The translations under genes were made by a program, and so were the position numbers. Shown here one piece after another: positions 20,501 to 32,800 of a stretch of DNA of 64,000 nt. The notes beneath the pieces were generated by a model that saw only the letters and a list, made by a program, of their open reading frames with translations, searched no databases and was not told where the DNA came from. The first letter of the stretch is position 1. Every line of letters begins with the position of its first letter. Origin of the DNA: Naegleria gruberi (taxonomy: Eukaryota); NCBI GenBank assembly GCA_000004985.1, contig GG738872.1; one strand, written 5' to 3'.

Positions 20501-23342
20501 TAAACCCAATTCCAATTTGGTCTTTGGATCAAGTGGAACAACCTTGATACTTTCTGGTTTTTGACAAGAGTAGTGAATATCAAGTTTGGTCAATGTTGGA
20601 AGAGCATCTTCAGCAGGAATATTGTGCTTAATTTCAACTGTCAAAATTTGCTTTCCAAAATCAAGACATGTAATAGAGAAGCTTCTCTTTCTGTACATGT
20701 CAGAAGCTCTGCTCTTTGAAACCTTGAGACGGTCTGGATCTTCAGTAACAATATTATCGACAATGACAGATTCTCCCTTAACGTAGCTATCCCATGGTTG
20801 TGGACCACCTTCAACACTCAATGAAGCAGTAGCACCCAAAGGAATGAGGAATACCTTGTATTTCTTTGGTGATGGTTCAGTGACAGCAAGTGGTGGGAAT
20901 ACAGCAACATTGGTCTTTTCTTGAATCTTTCCATTTTGATAACGGATCTTGACAGATGTGAAACCTTCTGAAATGGCATTAAGATAAATTTCAGCATCTA
21001 AATTCTTAGAAGATTTGCAAGATTGAGAGATAATATTGTAAACATTGGTATCAACAATGTTCCATTCAAAATTGAGACTAGAAATATTGTGGAAAACATT
21101 TCCATCAACATCTAAACCTTTAGCACGCAAACAGAGTGATTGAGATGGTACAACTTCTCTAGTACCCTTTTCAAAAACTAAACTATGCAATGGTGAAACA
21201 GAAACGGCACGAGCATCACCATTGTACAAGTTTTGTTGATCGAAAACAATGACATCAGCTTTACCATCCTTCTTGGCAACAAGAAGACCCAAAACAGAGT
21301 TGGCTTCCTTTTGAGATCTAATATCGAATGGTGAGACAGAAGGAGAAGATGAAGTCCATGAAAGCAAGCCACTTCCACCTTGAGCACTAAGAATAAACAT
21401 TTGTTCAACATTTCTATCACTTGGTAAATAAATAACTTCATCAGGAATATCAATCTTAACTCTAGGAAGGATAGAGATGGACTTGGTATGAGTGAGTTCA
21501 ATTTCGTCATTGTGTCCTGGGAAAATGTCAGAAGACAAGTCAGCAGTCTTCAATGTTACTCTCAAAACAACATCAGACAACTTTTTAGCTCTGACAACAA
21601 ACAAGTCTTCATTGGCAGATCTTTCAAGAATAGTGATTGGTTCACTGTCACTTGATTCAATTTCAAATTTAAATTTGAGATTCTCGGTAATATAAATCTT
21701 TTGATATTGTTGATCGAATAAATCAATCTTGACTTCATAGTCATTATCCAAAACGAGACTGGTATGTTCAGTATTGAGAGAATTCTTGAAATTTCTAACA
21801 ATATAATCATATCCTCTATAGAGTTGGAGTTTCTTAGGAGAAATATTAATCTTGATGAATGCTGGTTTGACAACATGAACGAGAGCAGTGGCTCTATTCA
21901 AAGCAAATGTAACATCCTCAACATTTACATTGGTATCACCGAGATCGAATGCCTTGAAAATACCCTTAGTTTTTTCAACTTCACCAACAGTACCATTACT
22001 TGATGACCAAGTATATTTGGCATCTGGCATGGCAATTTCCATTTGTGACTTTCCATTTTGTTTAATGAAGAGTTTGAATGGAATGACTGCACCTGGGATA
22101 ACTCTCAATTCAGTGTCTGGCTGTAATAAAAAGCTATCGACAACAGAAATAACAACACTATCTTGTAATACTTGAATTTCTCCTGTTGTTGTTCTGAGAG
22201 AGACGGATACCAAAACTTCACCAGATAACAATCCTCTAGCAACAATAACATCATGACTTCCGACACTTCTCTTGATTCTCTTCTTTTCATCAAAGAAATG
22301 AACAGATTCATCATTAATATCAATTAATTCAATGTTGCCTCTGTTGTTGTTAATATTATTATTATCATTAATAAAATTATTAAATGATGACAATGAAGTA
22401 CCATCAAAATTGAATAGATAGTAAAATATTTAGAAATACTATAAAAACTACTAATACATACTGCTTCTTTGAGGTCTTTAAACCTTCTTGTTTCCAAATA
22501 AAACTCAAACCTGTCAATGAGCTGAAAAGATTTCCTTCATTATCAAAGGCGTCAACTTGCAATGTTTCAAGTTCTCCAATAGTAAGCTTTCTCACAGTAG
22601 TTTGCAATTTAATCTTGTCAATAGAGGAGATGAAAACTTCACAACTAGCTGATGGAGATGATGATGTTTGAAGGGATGGTGGATATTTAGATGCTTTGAC
22701 AATAGCAACTCTGGTATTTGTGTTATGACCTTTTGGAATGACCTGTTGTTGTTGTTGTTGTTGTATAATATTATTATATTTCACACAACATTGTTATTAA
22801 TATTATTGTATTCCACACATTTTTGTCATCATCATAATATAATAATTTAATAATTGAAATTAAAATTCCATCAATTCGATCCATTAACAAATACTTACTT
22901 GAATTTCTTGAGAGCAACTAATAATTCTAGAATCATCAGAGGAAGAAGTCTCGATATTATCAACAGGAACCAATGATACTAAATCAGGATGGAGAGTACT
23001 CCAATAAAAACAATTTTGTTTGTCATCCTCGTTCAATCCTACAGTGTTGGCTTTCAATGTAATACCATCACTGTTCCATGTTATCAAAGCACTAACTCTG
23101 TTTAATAAAATTGGGGAATTTTTAGATGTTTCATGTTGGTAGGAAGGACGAGCGAGTGCTAAAAAGATGAGTGAAACAATAAAAATTACTACGAATGATG
23201 GCTTAACAAGAGATGATTTGGTTTGTCTTCTTGTAGCAGCAGCTATTAAATTCTCGCATTCATGATGTTTTGTATTCAATGTGGATTTTGACGAGTGCGA
23301 GAACCACATTTTTTTTCGAGGTTTTTTTGTTGAAGGTGGCAT
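17534..23342 (-). CDS. NUP210: Nuclear pore membrane glycoprotein gp210 (NUP210), 1843 aa, 3 exons
   Basis: Exons are 23342..22899, 22742..22462 and 22340..17534, with introns of 156 nt (gtaagt...cag) and 121 nt (gtatgt...cag). The N-terminal region aligns by eye with metazoan gp210 (CFYWSTLHPDLVSLVP vs CYRWLSTRPEVASIEP; LETLQVDAFDNEGNLFSSLTGLSFIW vs [25 protein letters not shown]). It has a long Ig-like repeat lumenal body, a single TM (YLTYIILSLIIAVLGFVVYG) and a ~70-aa tail. Confidence 0.85.
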
Positions 23343-23478
23343 TTTTTAGATGCAACGAGTATAAAGCAAAAAGAGCGCGGCAATCACACTGTCAAATAAA
23401 AACAACTTTTCAACATAATGTAAATTACCACTCTGCAAACCAATAATAACAATCGTCACACAGGTTCAAGTCAACAAA

Positions 23479-24810
23479 TTATGCTTTATAATATAATTGT
23501 TGATTCATCTCGGTAGAATTGTCAAGTCCTTTCTTCATTGATCTCTTCATACAAAAATCGGTGAACAAGACAAGATAAACCAACACTGACAATACAATAA
23601 CAATTAATAACAGGAAGGCAATGATGGATACTGTTGGAGCGAGGATCAGAAGATAATTGACAGTCTCTGGATTTTTAACGAATTTCATCTTGATTTCTAC
23701 ACAACCCTTGCCTGAAATTCCCATGTAGAAAGTTTCTTCATCATCATGTCCATTGTAGAGGTAGGCAATTTCTGGACTCTTATCCTCAAATTCAATTTCA
23801 TTTTCATAATCAACAAATTCAGAGTCTCTGTAGAGAAGTGGTTTACCAATATTCATGTAAACATCAAATTCTTCACCTTCGTCCTTCTTGATGGAAAGAT
23901 AGGTTTGGCCTGGTACTTTGATGGAGAAGAGTTTTGGAACACCTTCAGACAAGCAAGCTTCAACTTCAACTTTCTTCTCTGCCTTGATATTGGAAACTTC
24001 TTCATATTGAACAAAGAAATATTCAGCAACTAAATACATATCATAATTGAAGAGTTTGTCATTCTTGAGAGCACATCTTGTTATTTCATCAACAGTACAA
24101 TCAACGACGAGGTAATTTTCAACACTTCCTCTCACTCTTGAGGGAATAATCATTGAGTTGCCAGTGATATAATCCTTGATGAGACAAGAGAAGGAACTAG
24201 AATTGACAAAAACCTTCTCACCTAAACTATCAACAAGTTCAACTTTTCTACTTCCCAGTGGTGTGAAAACATCTTCAGGAAGACGGAAAGTAAATTTGGT
24301 ATTGACTGGTTCGGTCACTACTGTCTTGGTTGCAACAGCAATGACAGGGTCCAATACAACAGTACTATTGATTGCTTTTGTGCTATTGGTTGAATTGTTC
24401 ATAAAACCATCAGAAATTACTGTTGCATTATTAGTACAATTCACACTTTCTGTGCAATTCAAAACTGGAGGAATCACTTGTTGTTGCCCGATAAAGTTCA
24501 AGCTCTTAATGATGGCATATTTGGAGGCAAGAGAACGTTCCAATGAATTGGAGCCTACTGTCATCATGAATTGAATTACTCTAGAATCGAGGCAAGTTGC
24601 GTTGAAACCAATATCAAAAGCACTCCTCGAATCTGTGTATGGTGGAAGACAGAATGTAAATGTTGGAAGAGCTCCGTTAGTTTGATTGGCTCCAATAGGA
24701 TTGAATTGAATTAATTGATTCATTGGAGAAAATACAGCCGCTGCTGGACTGGTCAAACAACAAACAAGTAAGGCGGTAATGGCTAACAGCAAGATATCGA
24801 CAACCTTCAT
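23479..24810 (-). CDS. Type I membrane glycoprotein, hypothetical, 443 aa
   Basis: ATG ORF with a cleavable-looking signal peptide (MKVVDILLLAITALLVCCLTSPAAA), many N-x-S/T sites, and a C-terminal TM (LLILAPTVSIIAFLLLIVIVLSVLVYLVLF) plus short tail. Confidence 0.6.
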   Translation of the reverse strand: MKVVDILLLAITALLVCCLTSPAAAVFSPMNQLIQFNPIGANQTNGALPTFTFCLPPYTDSRSAFDIGFNATCLDSRVIQFMMTVGSNSLERSLASKYAIIKSLNFIGQQQVIPPVLNCTESVNCTNNATVISDGFMNNSTNSTKAINSTVVLDPVIAVATKTVVTEPVNTKFTFRLPEDVFTPLGSRKVELVDSLGEKVFVNSSSFSCLIKDYITGNSMIIPSRVRGSVENYLVVDCTVDEITRCALKNDKLFNYDMYLVAEYFFVQYEEVSNIKAEKKVEVEACLSEGVPKLFSIKVPGQTYLSIKKDEGEEFDVYMNIGKPLLYRDSEFVDYENEIEFEDKSPEIAYLYNGHDDEETFYMGISGKGCVEIKMKFVKNPETVNYLLILAPTVSIIAFLLLIVIVLSVLVYLVLFTDFCMKRSMKKGLDNSTEMNQQLYYKA

Positions 24811-25494
24811 GATAATTTAATAGAGGAAGAAGAGGAGGTGCAGTTCACACTTTTTGTCGTTTTTTAATGCTTGATATTGTGTAAACTTGTCTATCAAGAA
24901 AACCACAGCTTAGGAGCACTTCGTAATTCCCCACCATGTTAGGGAAAATTTCACGAAAACGACAATTTTCTTGAGGAGTCTCAACAGAATGGATAAGCTC
25001 TATTAAGGTCATGTAAAAGGACCAGAGTCAGTTAAATAATATGATTAAATATTTGAATAATTTATTGAAATGATAGGTTCTATTAGTAGTGGAATAATTG
25101 AAATAGTAATATTTAAACTACTCAAAGTGTATAATTGTTATTTATTTCTAACACTTGAGAATCAATTCTTCCTTAATTGAATCAAACCCTCTTTTGTCAA
25201 AACACCAAAGGTGATTATCAATAACTCTTAGTGGTCTAATTGTGTGATGGCCATGAGAGAACACCTTGAAACTACCAATGTTGCGCTACGTACCGTCACA
25301 CTACTTATTAAAATCGTAATAGAAAAATTATTAGAAGATTAAATATTGCGTTTTACCCAAACATCTCGATACCATCATTTATAGGAACAGGCCAAAAGGA
25401 AAAAATTCCTCCTCTTCTCCTGCACTATTTTCTTTAATACCAAATCAACAACATCTAGAAATTTTAGATATTTTGCTTAATTATCTTCGATTGA

Positions 25495-28400
25495 ATGGTC
25501 GGAACAAGAACAAAGAAGGAGCTGCTTGAATCATCAATGCAGAATTTATCTAGTTTTATTGCAGAGGCAGTACAGAGAGAGGAATCAACAAATACCTCTC
25601 TTATTCAAAACATGGTTCAACCAACAACAAGAACGTCATCTTTGCCAACATCACCACTCTCTACAACATCAAACAATAATCAACTTGCATCAAATTCTAC
25701 AATACCATCGTCATCATCATCAGCACATGTTTCCTTCAATACTCCGGATACCATAGAAAATATTTGCAAAAACCAATCATCTTCCAATAGGTTCAATAAT
25801 AATAATTTGATTATTAATACATCCATGATGGCGATGATGAATAACGAATATAATAACCAACCATCAACATCCACTCCAACAAGTCTTAAAGTAAGAACTA
25901 TTTCACCTCTCCACGATTCTCCACCTCCTTCATCCTCTAATTTTAGCAATAATAATAATATGGAAATGATAACAGCAAGTAGTAGAGGGTCGTACTCTAG
26001 AAGACAATCACCTTATGATCCATTTGCTCAACAATTATCTCTCTCACAATATACCTTACAATCATCAAAGAGTGTAAATACAAGCGTTAATAATAATAAT
26101 AATAATATGAATAACAACAACAACAATTCAATAAGGGATGAGAATGAACATCATCACCATCATCACCACCATCATGATCCATCGAAATGGGAACGAAAAC
26201 TGTTAGAAATTACCAGAGTAGCGTTCGTATCCATGCTAGGCTCCAAGAATAAGAGATTAAGCGAATGGACCTTGATGAATCAAATTTCGGAATCCTTAAC
26301 AGACATTACATCGAGTCAATTTTGCATCATTTTGAAAGCAGTTAATCCTCCTTCCCAACAACAAGAATCAAATTACAATACTAATTCACCAACTCATTCT
26401 CCTTCACCAACCACTAACAATCCACCAGATGTCAGTAATGATGTGCATTTACAAGTTATTGGAATTTATGGTATTGAAACAGAGGCTGCCAAATTGTTTG
26501 TAGCTCCATATAGACACAAGGTTCCAACAAGTGGACCTCATTCAATATTTGCCCATTGTTACAATAGACAACAAATTATTATTAATAATTTGAGTTCTAC
26601 AACTAATTTACCACCAGGACATCTTCCAATTTCCAACTCGATATGTGTTCCAATATGTTATGGAAAGGAATGTATCGGTGTAGTTTTACTATCTAATAGA
26701 TTTTCAGGATACAGAGAGGATATGGAAAAATCACTGGTCGCTTGGGCCCAATCCCTTGGTCAAATGTTGAAAATGTATGCTGTACTCTTTGAGAATGAAA
26801 CTGGCCAATCATTCTTTGACACATCTAATATCAACATGCCCCCTGTGACTGTAAATCCATATGGAAGCAAATTCAGGAGAGAGTATGGAGATTCACCAAT
26901 TTCTTGCATGCCTGGAAGACTTCCTCATCCTTTCGATTTCAATGCAAACCACATAAGAAGAGCATCCATTTCAAATATTCAAATCTCAAAACCTGCAGCT
27001 TATTTAGGAAAATTAGGAAAGTCTAAAAGCAGTGGGAATGTCTTTACTGTAAATGATAGAGTTAGTAGAAATAGTTCATTTAGCAGTGTTTGTAATGACA
27101 ATGATTCCGAAAGTGGTGAATGTAAAAAATCATTACGTATTGATGTTAGTAATGATGTTGATGGAATGGATCAAGACGAAAGAAGAGTCCCAAATAGAAA
27201 TTTTTCCGCTAGTCCTTGTAGTAGTGTTAGTAGCGTTTCAGATAGTCATGGTGAAGAGTATCAAGATCCAATTTCGCTATTTGAAGAAATTGAAAATGAA
27301 ATGCTAAAGTCGGCAGAGTTATCTCTGGCTCTATTTAAGGCAGTTCAAGACAGTATTTTAATTCTCGATCAAAATCTCAATATTACTACTATGAATCCAA
27401 GTGCAAAAAAATTCTTTGGTGTTTCTACTAATCAATCTCCGAATACTAGTATTCCCTATATGGGTAATGGATCTCAGATCATTTCAGTCAGAGATTTGAT
27501 TCCAGACAATTCTACTCAACATTTGAATTGGTCTGAAGTTTGTAAACCTAATGGAGTTAGTTGGTATAGAGGTAAGGCTCTGGCCAAATGTAGAAATAAT
27601 AACAACTTTGACAATAACAGGACAGCATCCGGTTTACTCATGGCCTCACACTCACCATCGACAACAGTAACAAACTATGTGGAACTTCTTTCAAATACAC
27701 CCCTCTCACCAAATACATCTGCAGGAACAATTTCTCCTACAGGAGTAGAGGATCATTCTATGAATAGGAAACAAGATTCCAGTCAAGATTTTAGTAGACT
27801 TGTACCAATTGCAATTTCTGTAACAAGTTTCTTTTTCAAGGAGGAGATTTACTTTTCTGTGACTGTAACTGATGAATCATCAAAGGAAGACATGAAAGAC
27901 AAGATGAAGTTTATCGCCTTCTTGAGCCACGAGTTGAGAAATCCAATTCAAGTGATTGTTTCAGGAGTTCAATGCCTAGTTGACATTTTCAAAGATAACG
28001 AAGATTCGGATGATATGGATAATGGAAAATCAATTATTAAGAGTATTTCATCATCTTCAGATTTCATTTCACACATTATCAATGACATGATTGATTTAAC
28101 AAAGTTGGAATCTGGTCACATGAAAGTAATTGAGTCATCATTTAATATTAGAGAGAAGGTAGAGCAAATAGTGGAAATGTTGAAAATTTATCAAGTAGAC
28201 AAGAATATTGACATCTCTTACCAAATAGATGACGCTGTTCCTCAAAATTTGTACTCTGATGCTACAAAACTTCAACAAATCATTCTAAACATAATGTCAA
28301 ACTCATGTAAATATACCAAGAGTGGAAGTGTTCGACTTGTATGCTCTTATGAAAACTTAACAGAAGATAACAAACCAAAAAAGAATATCATTTTCAAGAT

Positions 28401-29058
28401 TCAAGATACAGGTGTAGGAATTGAGAAGGAAGAAATCCCAAAGATTTTCAGAATTTACAGAAGACTGCACAGAAAGCAGCATGAAGTTTCTGGAAGTGGC
28501 ATAGGTCTTGCATTGTCTAAGCTTTTGTCAGACATATTGGGATGTACAATTAGAGTTGATTCTGAAAAGAATATAGGTACCACTTTCACAGTCATTGTCC
28601 CTCACCGATTGAATCCTAATGTACCGGAAACAGATCAAGAGCAACAGTTGCAAGAAGTGAAGAAACCTTCCCAAGAAATACCAATAGAGGAATTATTAAA
28701 AGATAAGAGAGCACTAGTCGTAGATGATAATGAGCTTATTAGAAAGCTTGTGAAGAATATGCTCAAAATGTGTAAATGTGAAGAAGCAGAAAATGGTCTA
28801 GAAGCTTTAAAGAAGTGTGAAGAACATGAATTTGATTTTATCATTTTAGATATTATCATGCCTCTAATTGATGGTTTTGAGGCAGCCAAAATTTTGAGAA
28901 ACGAACGTAAAGTCAAGACTCCAATTCTTGCATTGACAGGAAATTCACTGCAGGAAGAAATTGATGCCCTTCTTAAAATTGGTGTCAATAAGGTAATGAT
29001 CAAACCGATCAAAAGATTAGAACTATTCTCTGAATTGAGAGATGTACTAACTGAATAA
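25495..29058 (+). CDS. Hybrid sensor histidine kinase (low-complexity N-terminus, GAF-like, PAS, HisKA, HATPase_c, receiver), 1187 aa, intronless
   Basis: H-box FIAFLSHELRNPIQ; N/G boxes ILNIMSNSCKYT...IQDTGVGI...GSGIGLALSK. The receiver reads RALVVDDNELIRKLV...FDFIILDIIMPLIDG...PILALTGN...KPIK. A GAF-like block (CVPICYGKECIGVVLLSNR) and a PAS-like block (ILILDQNLNITTMNPSAKKFFG) are also present. Confidence 0.9.
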   Translation: MVGTRTKKELLESSMQNLSSFIAEAVQREESTNTSLIQNMVQPTTRTSSLPTSPLSTTSNNNQLASNSTIPSSSSSAHVSFNTPDTIENICKNQSSSNRFNNNNLIINTSMMAMMNNEYNNQPSTSTPTSLKVRTISPLHDSPPPSSSNFSNNNNMEMITASSRGSYSRRQSPYDPFAQQLSLSQYTLQSSKSVNTSVNNNNNNMNNNNNNSIRDENEHHHHHHHHHDPSKWERKLLEITRVAFVSMLGSKNKRLSEWTLMNQISESLTDITSSQFCIILKAVNPPSQQQESNYNTNSPTHSPSPTTNNPPDVSNDVHLQVIGIYGIETEAAKLFVAPYRHKVPTSGPHSIFAHCYNRQQIIINNLSSTTNLPPGHLPISNSICVPICYGKECIGVVLLSNRFSGYREDMEKSLVAWAQSLGQMLKMYAVLFENETGQSFFDTSNINMPPVTVNPYGSKFRREYGDSPISCMPGRLPHPFDFNANHIRRASISNIQISKPAAYLGKLGKSKSSGNVFTVNDRVSRNSSFSSVCNDNDSESGECKKSLRIDVSNDVDGMDQDERRVPNRNFSASPCSSVSSVSDSHGEEYQDPISLFEEIENEMLKSAELSLALFKAVQDSILILDQNLNITTMNPSAKKFFGVSTNQSPNTSIPYMGNGSQIISVRDLIPDNSTQHLNWSEVCKPNGVSWYRGKALAKCRNNNNFDNNRTASGLLMASHSPSTTVTNYVELLSNTPLSPNTSAGTISPTGVEDHSMNRKQDSSQDFSRLVPIAISVTSFFFKEEIYFSVTVTDESSKEDMKDKMKFIAFLSHELRNPIQVIVSGVQCLVDIFKDNEDSDDMDNGKSIIKSISSSSDFISHIINDMIDLTKLESGHMKVIESSFNIREKVEQIVEMLKIYQVDKNIDISYQIDDAVPQNLYSDATKLQQIILNIMSNSCKYTKSGSVRLVCSYENLTEDNKPKKNIIFKIQDTGVGIEKEEIPKIFRIYRRLHRKQHEVSGSGIGLALSKLLSDILGCTIRVDSEKNIGTTFTVIVPHRLNPNVPETDQEQQLQEVKKPSQEIPIEELLKDKRALVVDDNELIRKLVKNMLKMCKCEEAENGLEALKKCEEHEFDFIILDIIMPLIDGFEAAKILRNERKVKTPILALTGNSLQEEIDALLKIGVNKVMIKPIKRLELFSELRDVLTE

Positions 29059-29219
29059 ACATAATCCTAACTTTATCTCAATTGAAGATGATTGAATTTT
29101 TAGATATTATAGTGCTATGTATTTCCAGCAAAGAGTTGTATGAATGTCACATTTTATATTGTGAATAGAAGAGCTTCTTTTTGTAGTAGATTTATCTTTC
29201 AGAAAATATAGTTGTTGGT

Positions 29220-29338
29220 GGCTACGGCCATATCACGATGAATGCACCTCATCCCGTCCGATTTGAGAAGTTAAGCATCGTCGAGCCACATCAGTACTGA
29301 GGTTGGAGACAACTTGGGAACCTGTGGTGCTGTAGTCT
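29220..29338 (+). rRNA. 5S ribosomal RNA gene (single copy in this window)
   Basis: GGCTACGGCCATATCACGATGAATGCACCTCATCCCGTCCGATTTGAGAAGTTAAGCATCG...TCAGTACTGAGGTTGGAGACAACTTGGGAACCTGTGGTGCTGTAGTC matches the eukaryotic 5S consensus blocks (CTACGGCCATA, CCGTC.GAT, GAAGTTAAGC, AGTACT, TGGGAA, GGTGCTGTAG). The 5' and 3' ends pair to form helix I. Confidence 0.92.
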
Positions 29339-29342
29339 TTTT
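29338..29342 (+). terminator. Pol III terminator (T5 run) at the 3' end of the 5S gene
   Basis: ttttt immediately follows helix I of the 5S RNA. Confidence 0.7.
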
Positions 29343-29820
29343 GTCTTATTGAACATCATTACTAAACCCTTTCCCATTGAGTATTGAGTGAATGGAAACG
29401 AATCAGATGAATAATCTTTATCATTGACATAGAATTTTAGCTCCTTACTGGGTATTCCAATTTGAAATTTCGATTTCACATCCAAATCCCAAAACGAAAC
29501 TGCACTAATCAACACAAATTTGTGCAGTGTTCTCTTAATATCCTCATCCAGATCAAGTTTAAAATGTTGTAACACTCCCTGAAATAATTTACAAGGACTG
29601 TAAAAACTAAAATCAATTTCACCTCCCTTATGTCTTTTCCTTTCTACCACTTCCGACCTATGCCATGGTGGAAATATTGAGAATTGATTATTTTGACAAG
29701 ACAATTTATTTTAACTCAATTTGTAAACTATTTAAAATTGATGAATCAATATTGAACTAAAAGTACAATATAAAACAGATAACGATTAAAATGGTTAGAT
29801 TTTCATTTAGATTGCGTTTT

Positions 29821-32800
29821 CTATTTGAAATAAGTGAGAGAAAGCAATTGTGATGCAGATGGTCTTTGTTTTGCATCTTTTTCTAACATTTTCAAAACTA
29901 TTCGAATCAATTCTTCAGAATATTCATTGTGTGTTGTTTCCTTCATTTGATTCGTCAAAATTTTAAGTGCATTCTCGGCTTGATTTCCCATTAGCAAGTT
30001 ACCAATCGATGTTGCTAGATCGTTGGTCATGATTTGATAGATTGAAATTCCCAAAGAGAAGATATCCGTGTTAAATGAATATGAACTTCCAAGTGCAACT
30101 TCAGGACTCATATCTGAAAGGTTTCGTTTAAAATTTTAGAATAAACAACTCTCAACTTACAGAAAGGAGTTCCTGCATAGGACTGACCCGACATTTCTTG
30201 ATACTTTTTAGCCAATCCAAAATCTGCCAATACAATTTCAATACTGTCACTTGACAGTTTCTTGATAAAAATATTAGTTGGCTTAATATCTCTGTGAATA
30301 ATTTCCATTTCTTCGTGAACGTATTTCAATGCGCTCAACATTTGTTTCAAAATTTGCTTTACAATCTCTTCCCCACAATTTTCTTGTTTCAATTTTGATA
30401 AATCTCCCAATTCATAAAAATCCATGTCAATAATCAACAAATTATCATTCGTAATGAAATAGTCATTAATTTTGATAATATTTGGATGTTTGGTATTACT
30501 TAATTGAGATGCTTCTTTCATAATTGTGTTCAAATCTGTCAATGATTCGAATTTAACAGTCTTGATTGCTTTCAATTTGTTTGTTTTTAAATCTCGCACT
30601 TTGTAAACACTTCCAAAAGCTCCTTGTCCAATTCTTGAAATATCACCATATCTGGAAAATGGATTCGATTGATCAGAGCCAGAAGATGATGAGATAATCA
30701 TTGAACTAATAGAAAGGAAGGTACTTTCCCAAAGTTCACCCTTTCTAGTTTCCAATTCAGCTATTTCACAATCCTCATGCTTTTTCTTCTTCTTTACCAA
30801 ACACATGAATATTACAACAATGAAAATTATCAATGCAAGAAGCAAAATCAAGACGAATACAACAACTATTGGTACGACAATGGCAATGATCAACCCAGTT
30901 GCTGTAAAATCCTGACTTTTCTGAATTTCACAAAACTCTCCTTCAAATCCACTCTTACATTGACAAATGTTAAAATCAGAACATTGTCCATTTCCATTAC
31001 AAACAGTTTCAGATATTGCTAATGTTCCATTACAAGTCAATTTGGAATCGCATGTATTATTCCAAGAATTATAGATGGAGTTTTCATCACGACAATAGGG
31101 ACTAACCTTTCGAATATAAGAATTGCCATCAATGAGAAAGATTTCTCCACTACTTTCGTCATAGTCAACTTGTCTTGAGAACAAAGTAAACATTGAATAG
31201 GTTCCAAATCCATCTCCATTGAATTTTGAGGCTTTAGATCTTGAACCAGCAATATCCAACAGTAATCCGCTTTGTTTCGAATACATTCGAATAATACAAG
31301 TACCAACACCATCCAAAATAATGATATCTCCATTCTTTTTCACATGGAAAGCAGAAGGATTGTCTAAGGATGATTGAAGTGCTGGAATTCCATCTCCTGA
31401 ATATCCTACTTGGAAATTACCAACTAGAGTTCTCAAATAAAAAGTAGTTTCGGATAACTTTTCGATTCGTCTAATGGATTCTGGCGTACAAAAATAGAAA
31501 TAACCATCTTGGTAGAGAAGATTTGTTATTTGTCCTGTACTTGTTTCGTTACTAATTATTCCATCAGAAGAAATTGGAATTCTATTTGAGAATGCAAATT
31601 CTAATGAAATTAATTGACTTTTCAGATTATATCTAATTATGGAAAAAGGTGTGGATAACAGTAAATCACCATTTGTATCATCAATGGTCATTCCAGTTAC
31701 AGTGTTAAATGCTGGACAAGGCGAATCAGTTCCCTTTACACCAATCAAAAACGAACCACACGACTTTCCAATAATTTTTTCGAAACTCATAGTTTCCGGG
31801 TCGATTCGAATAATTCTACAAATGTCCTTAATATAGATTTTTCCATCAAACTTGGAAAAGATTCCATAATTCCTAACCACATTTGGCAATATATTCAATG
31901 TTAAATAGGGTGTATCTATTGGAGCATTTTGGTTTGTAAACATTGAAGTACTGAGAGAGATTGACTTTCCACTAGTTTCGTCAAATTTCTTCAAAGTTCT
32001 ATTATCAATAAAGTAGATGATCTTCCTTGTTGAATCTCTCATTAAAATAAATGGGTTTAAAGTTCTGCTACTTGGGGTTATTCCAGCAATGGTTGCAATT
32101 TTTCTATTCGAAATTTCACTAATGTGAAAAAGATTCGTCACAATAATGCTCGAGTTTTGTCTGATAGCTGAAGGGAAATATCTTTTAAACGAGTTTCGTA
32201 TTGAATTTGAAATAAATTGAACACTTACAGAGCAGAATTTTCTATTGGAATATTCTCACCATTGAATCCAGTAATATGGAAGGGTTGAATATTATTCGAA
32301 ACATTGACTTGTAGGCCAGAAATTTTCTTCAGTGAACAGTTTTCCAATTGAAAATCATAGAGTTGACCTGCATTCCAAAAAAATAGAGCATTTTTACCAT
32401 TCTTGGAAATTCCATTAAAAGGAAAAGTTGTTGGAATTGGAATAGTAATAACTGACGTTGATCCATTCTTAAAATCGAGATATTCGTACAGAGTATTCAC
32501 AGCATTCGAATAGGAAAATATTGAATTACAATTAGGATATCTTAAATTTGGAAAAATACTAATTCCATCATTCCCTTTTTCTATAATTGGTAAAGTATAC
32601 AAAACAGTTGAATTTTGAACAGCTAGTACAAAATTAGGAGCATTTCTAACAAAAATTGTCGAATTGTCAAACGAATCTCCAACTGCAGCCAACAAGGAAG
32701 AAGAAATATATGGCGCGGTAGAAAATACAAATTTCAAAATTTGATTTTCCAAATTGAAATTGTAAATTCGACCACTATCACTATAAATTAATAAATCACC

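Noticed and set aside
22742-22784. ORF-track start MKYNNIIQQQQQQQ (a polyQ from a CAA run) for the middle NUP210 piece
   Set aside because: The CAA run lies in intron 1. The only AG after the donor is the cag at 22745-22743, so the exon starts at 22742 (VIPKGHN...). The polyQ is not translated.
29291-29704. 137-codon minus-strand ORF overlapping the 5S rRNA gene
   Set aside because: It starts with TTG and has no ATG until near its end. Its C-terminal part is simply the antisense of the 5S gene. The upstream part could conceivably be an exon of something, but I cannot support a gene model.
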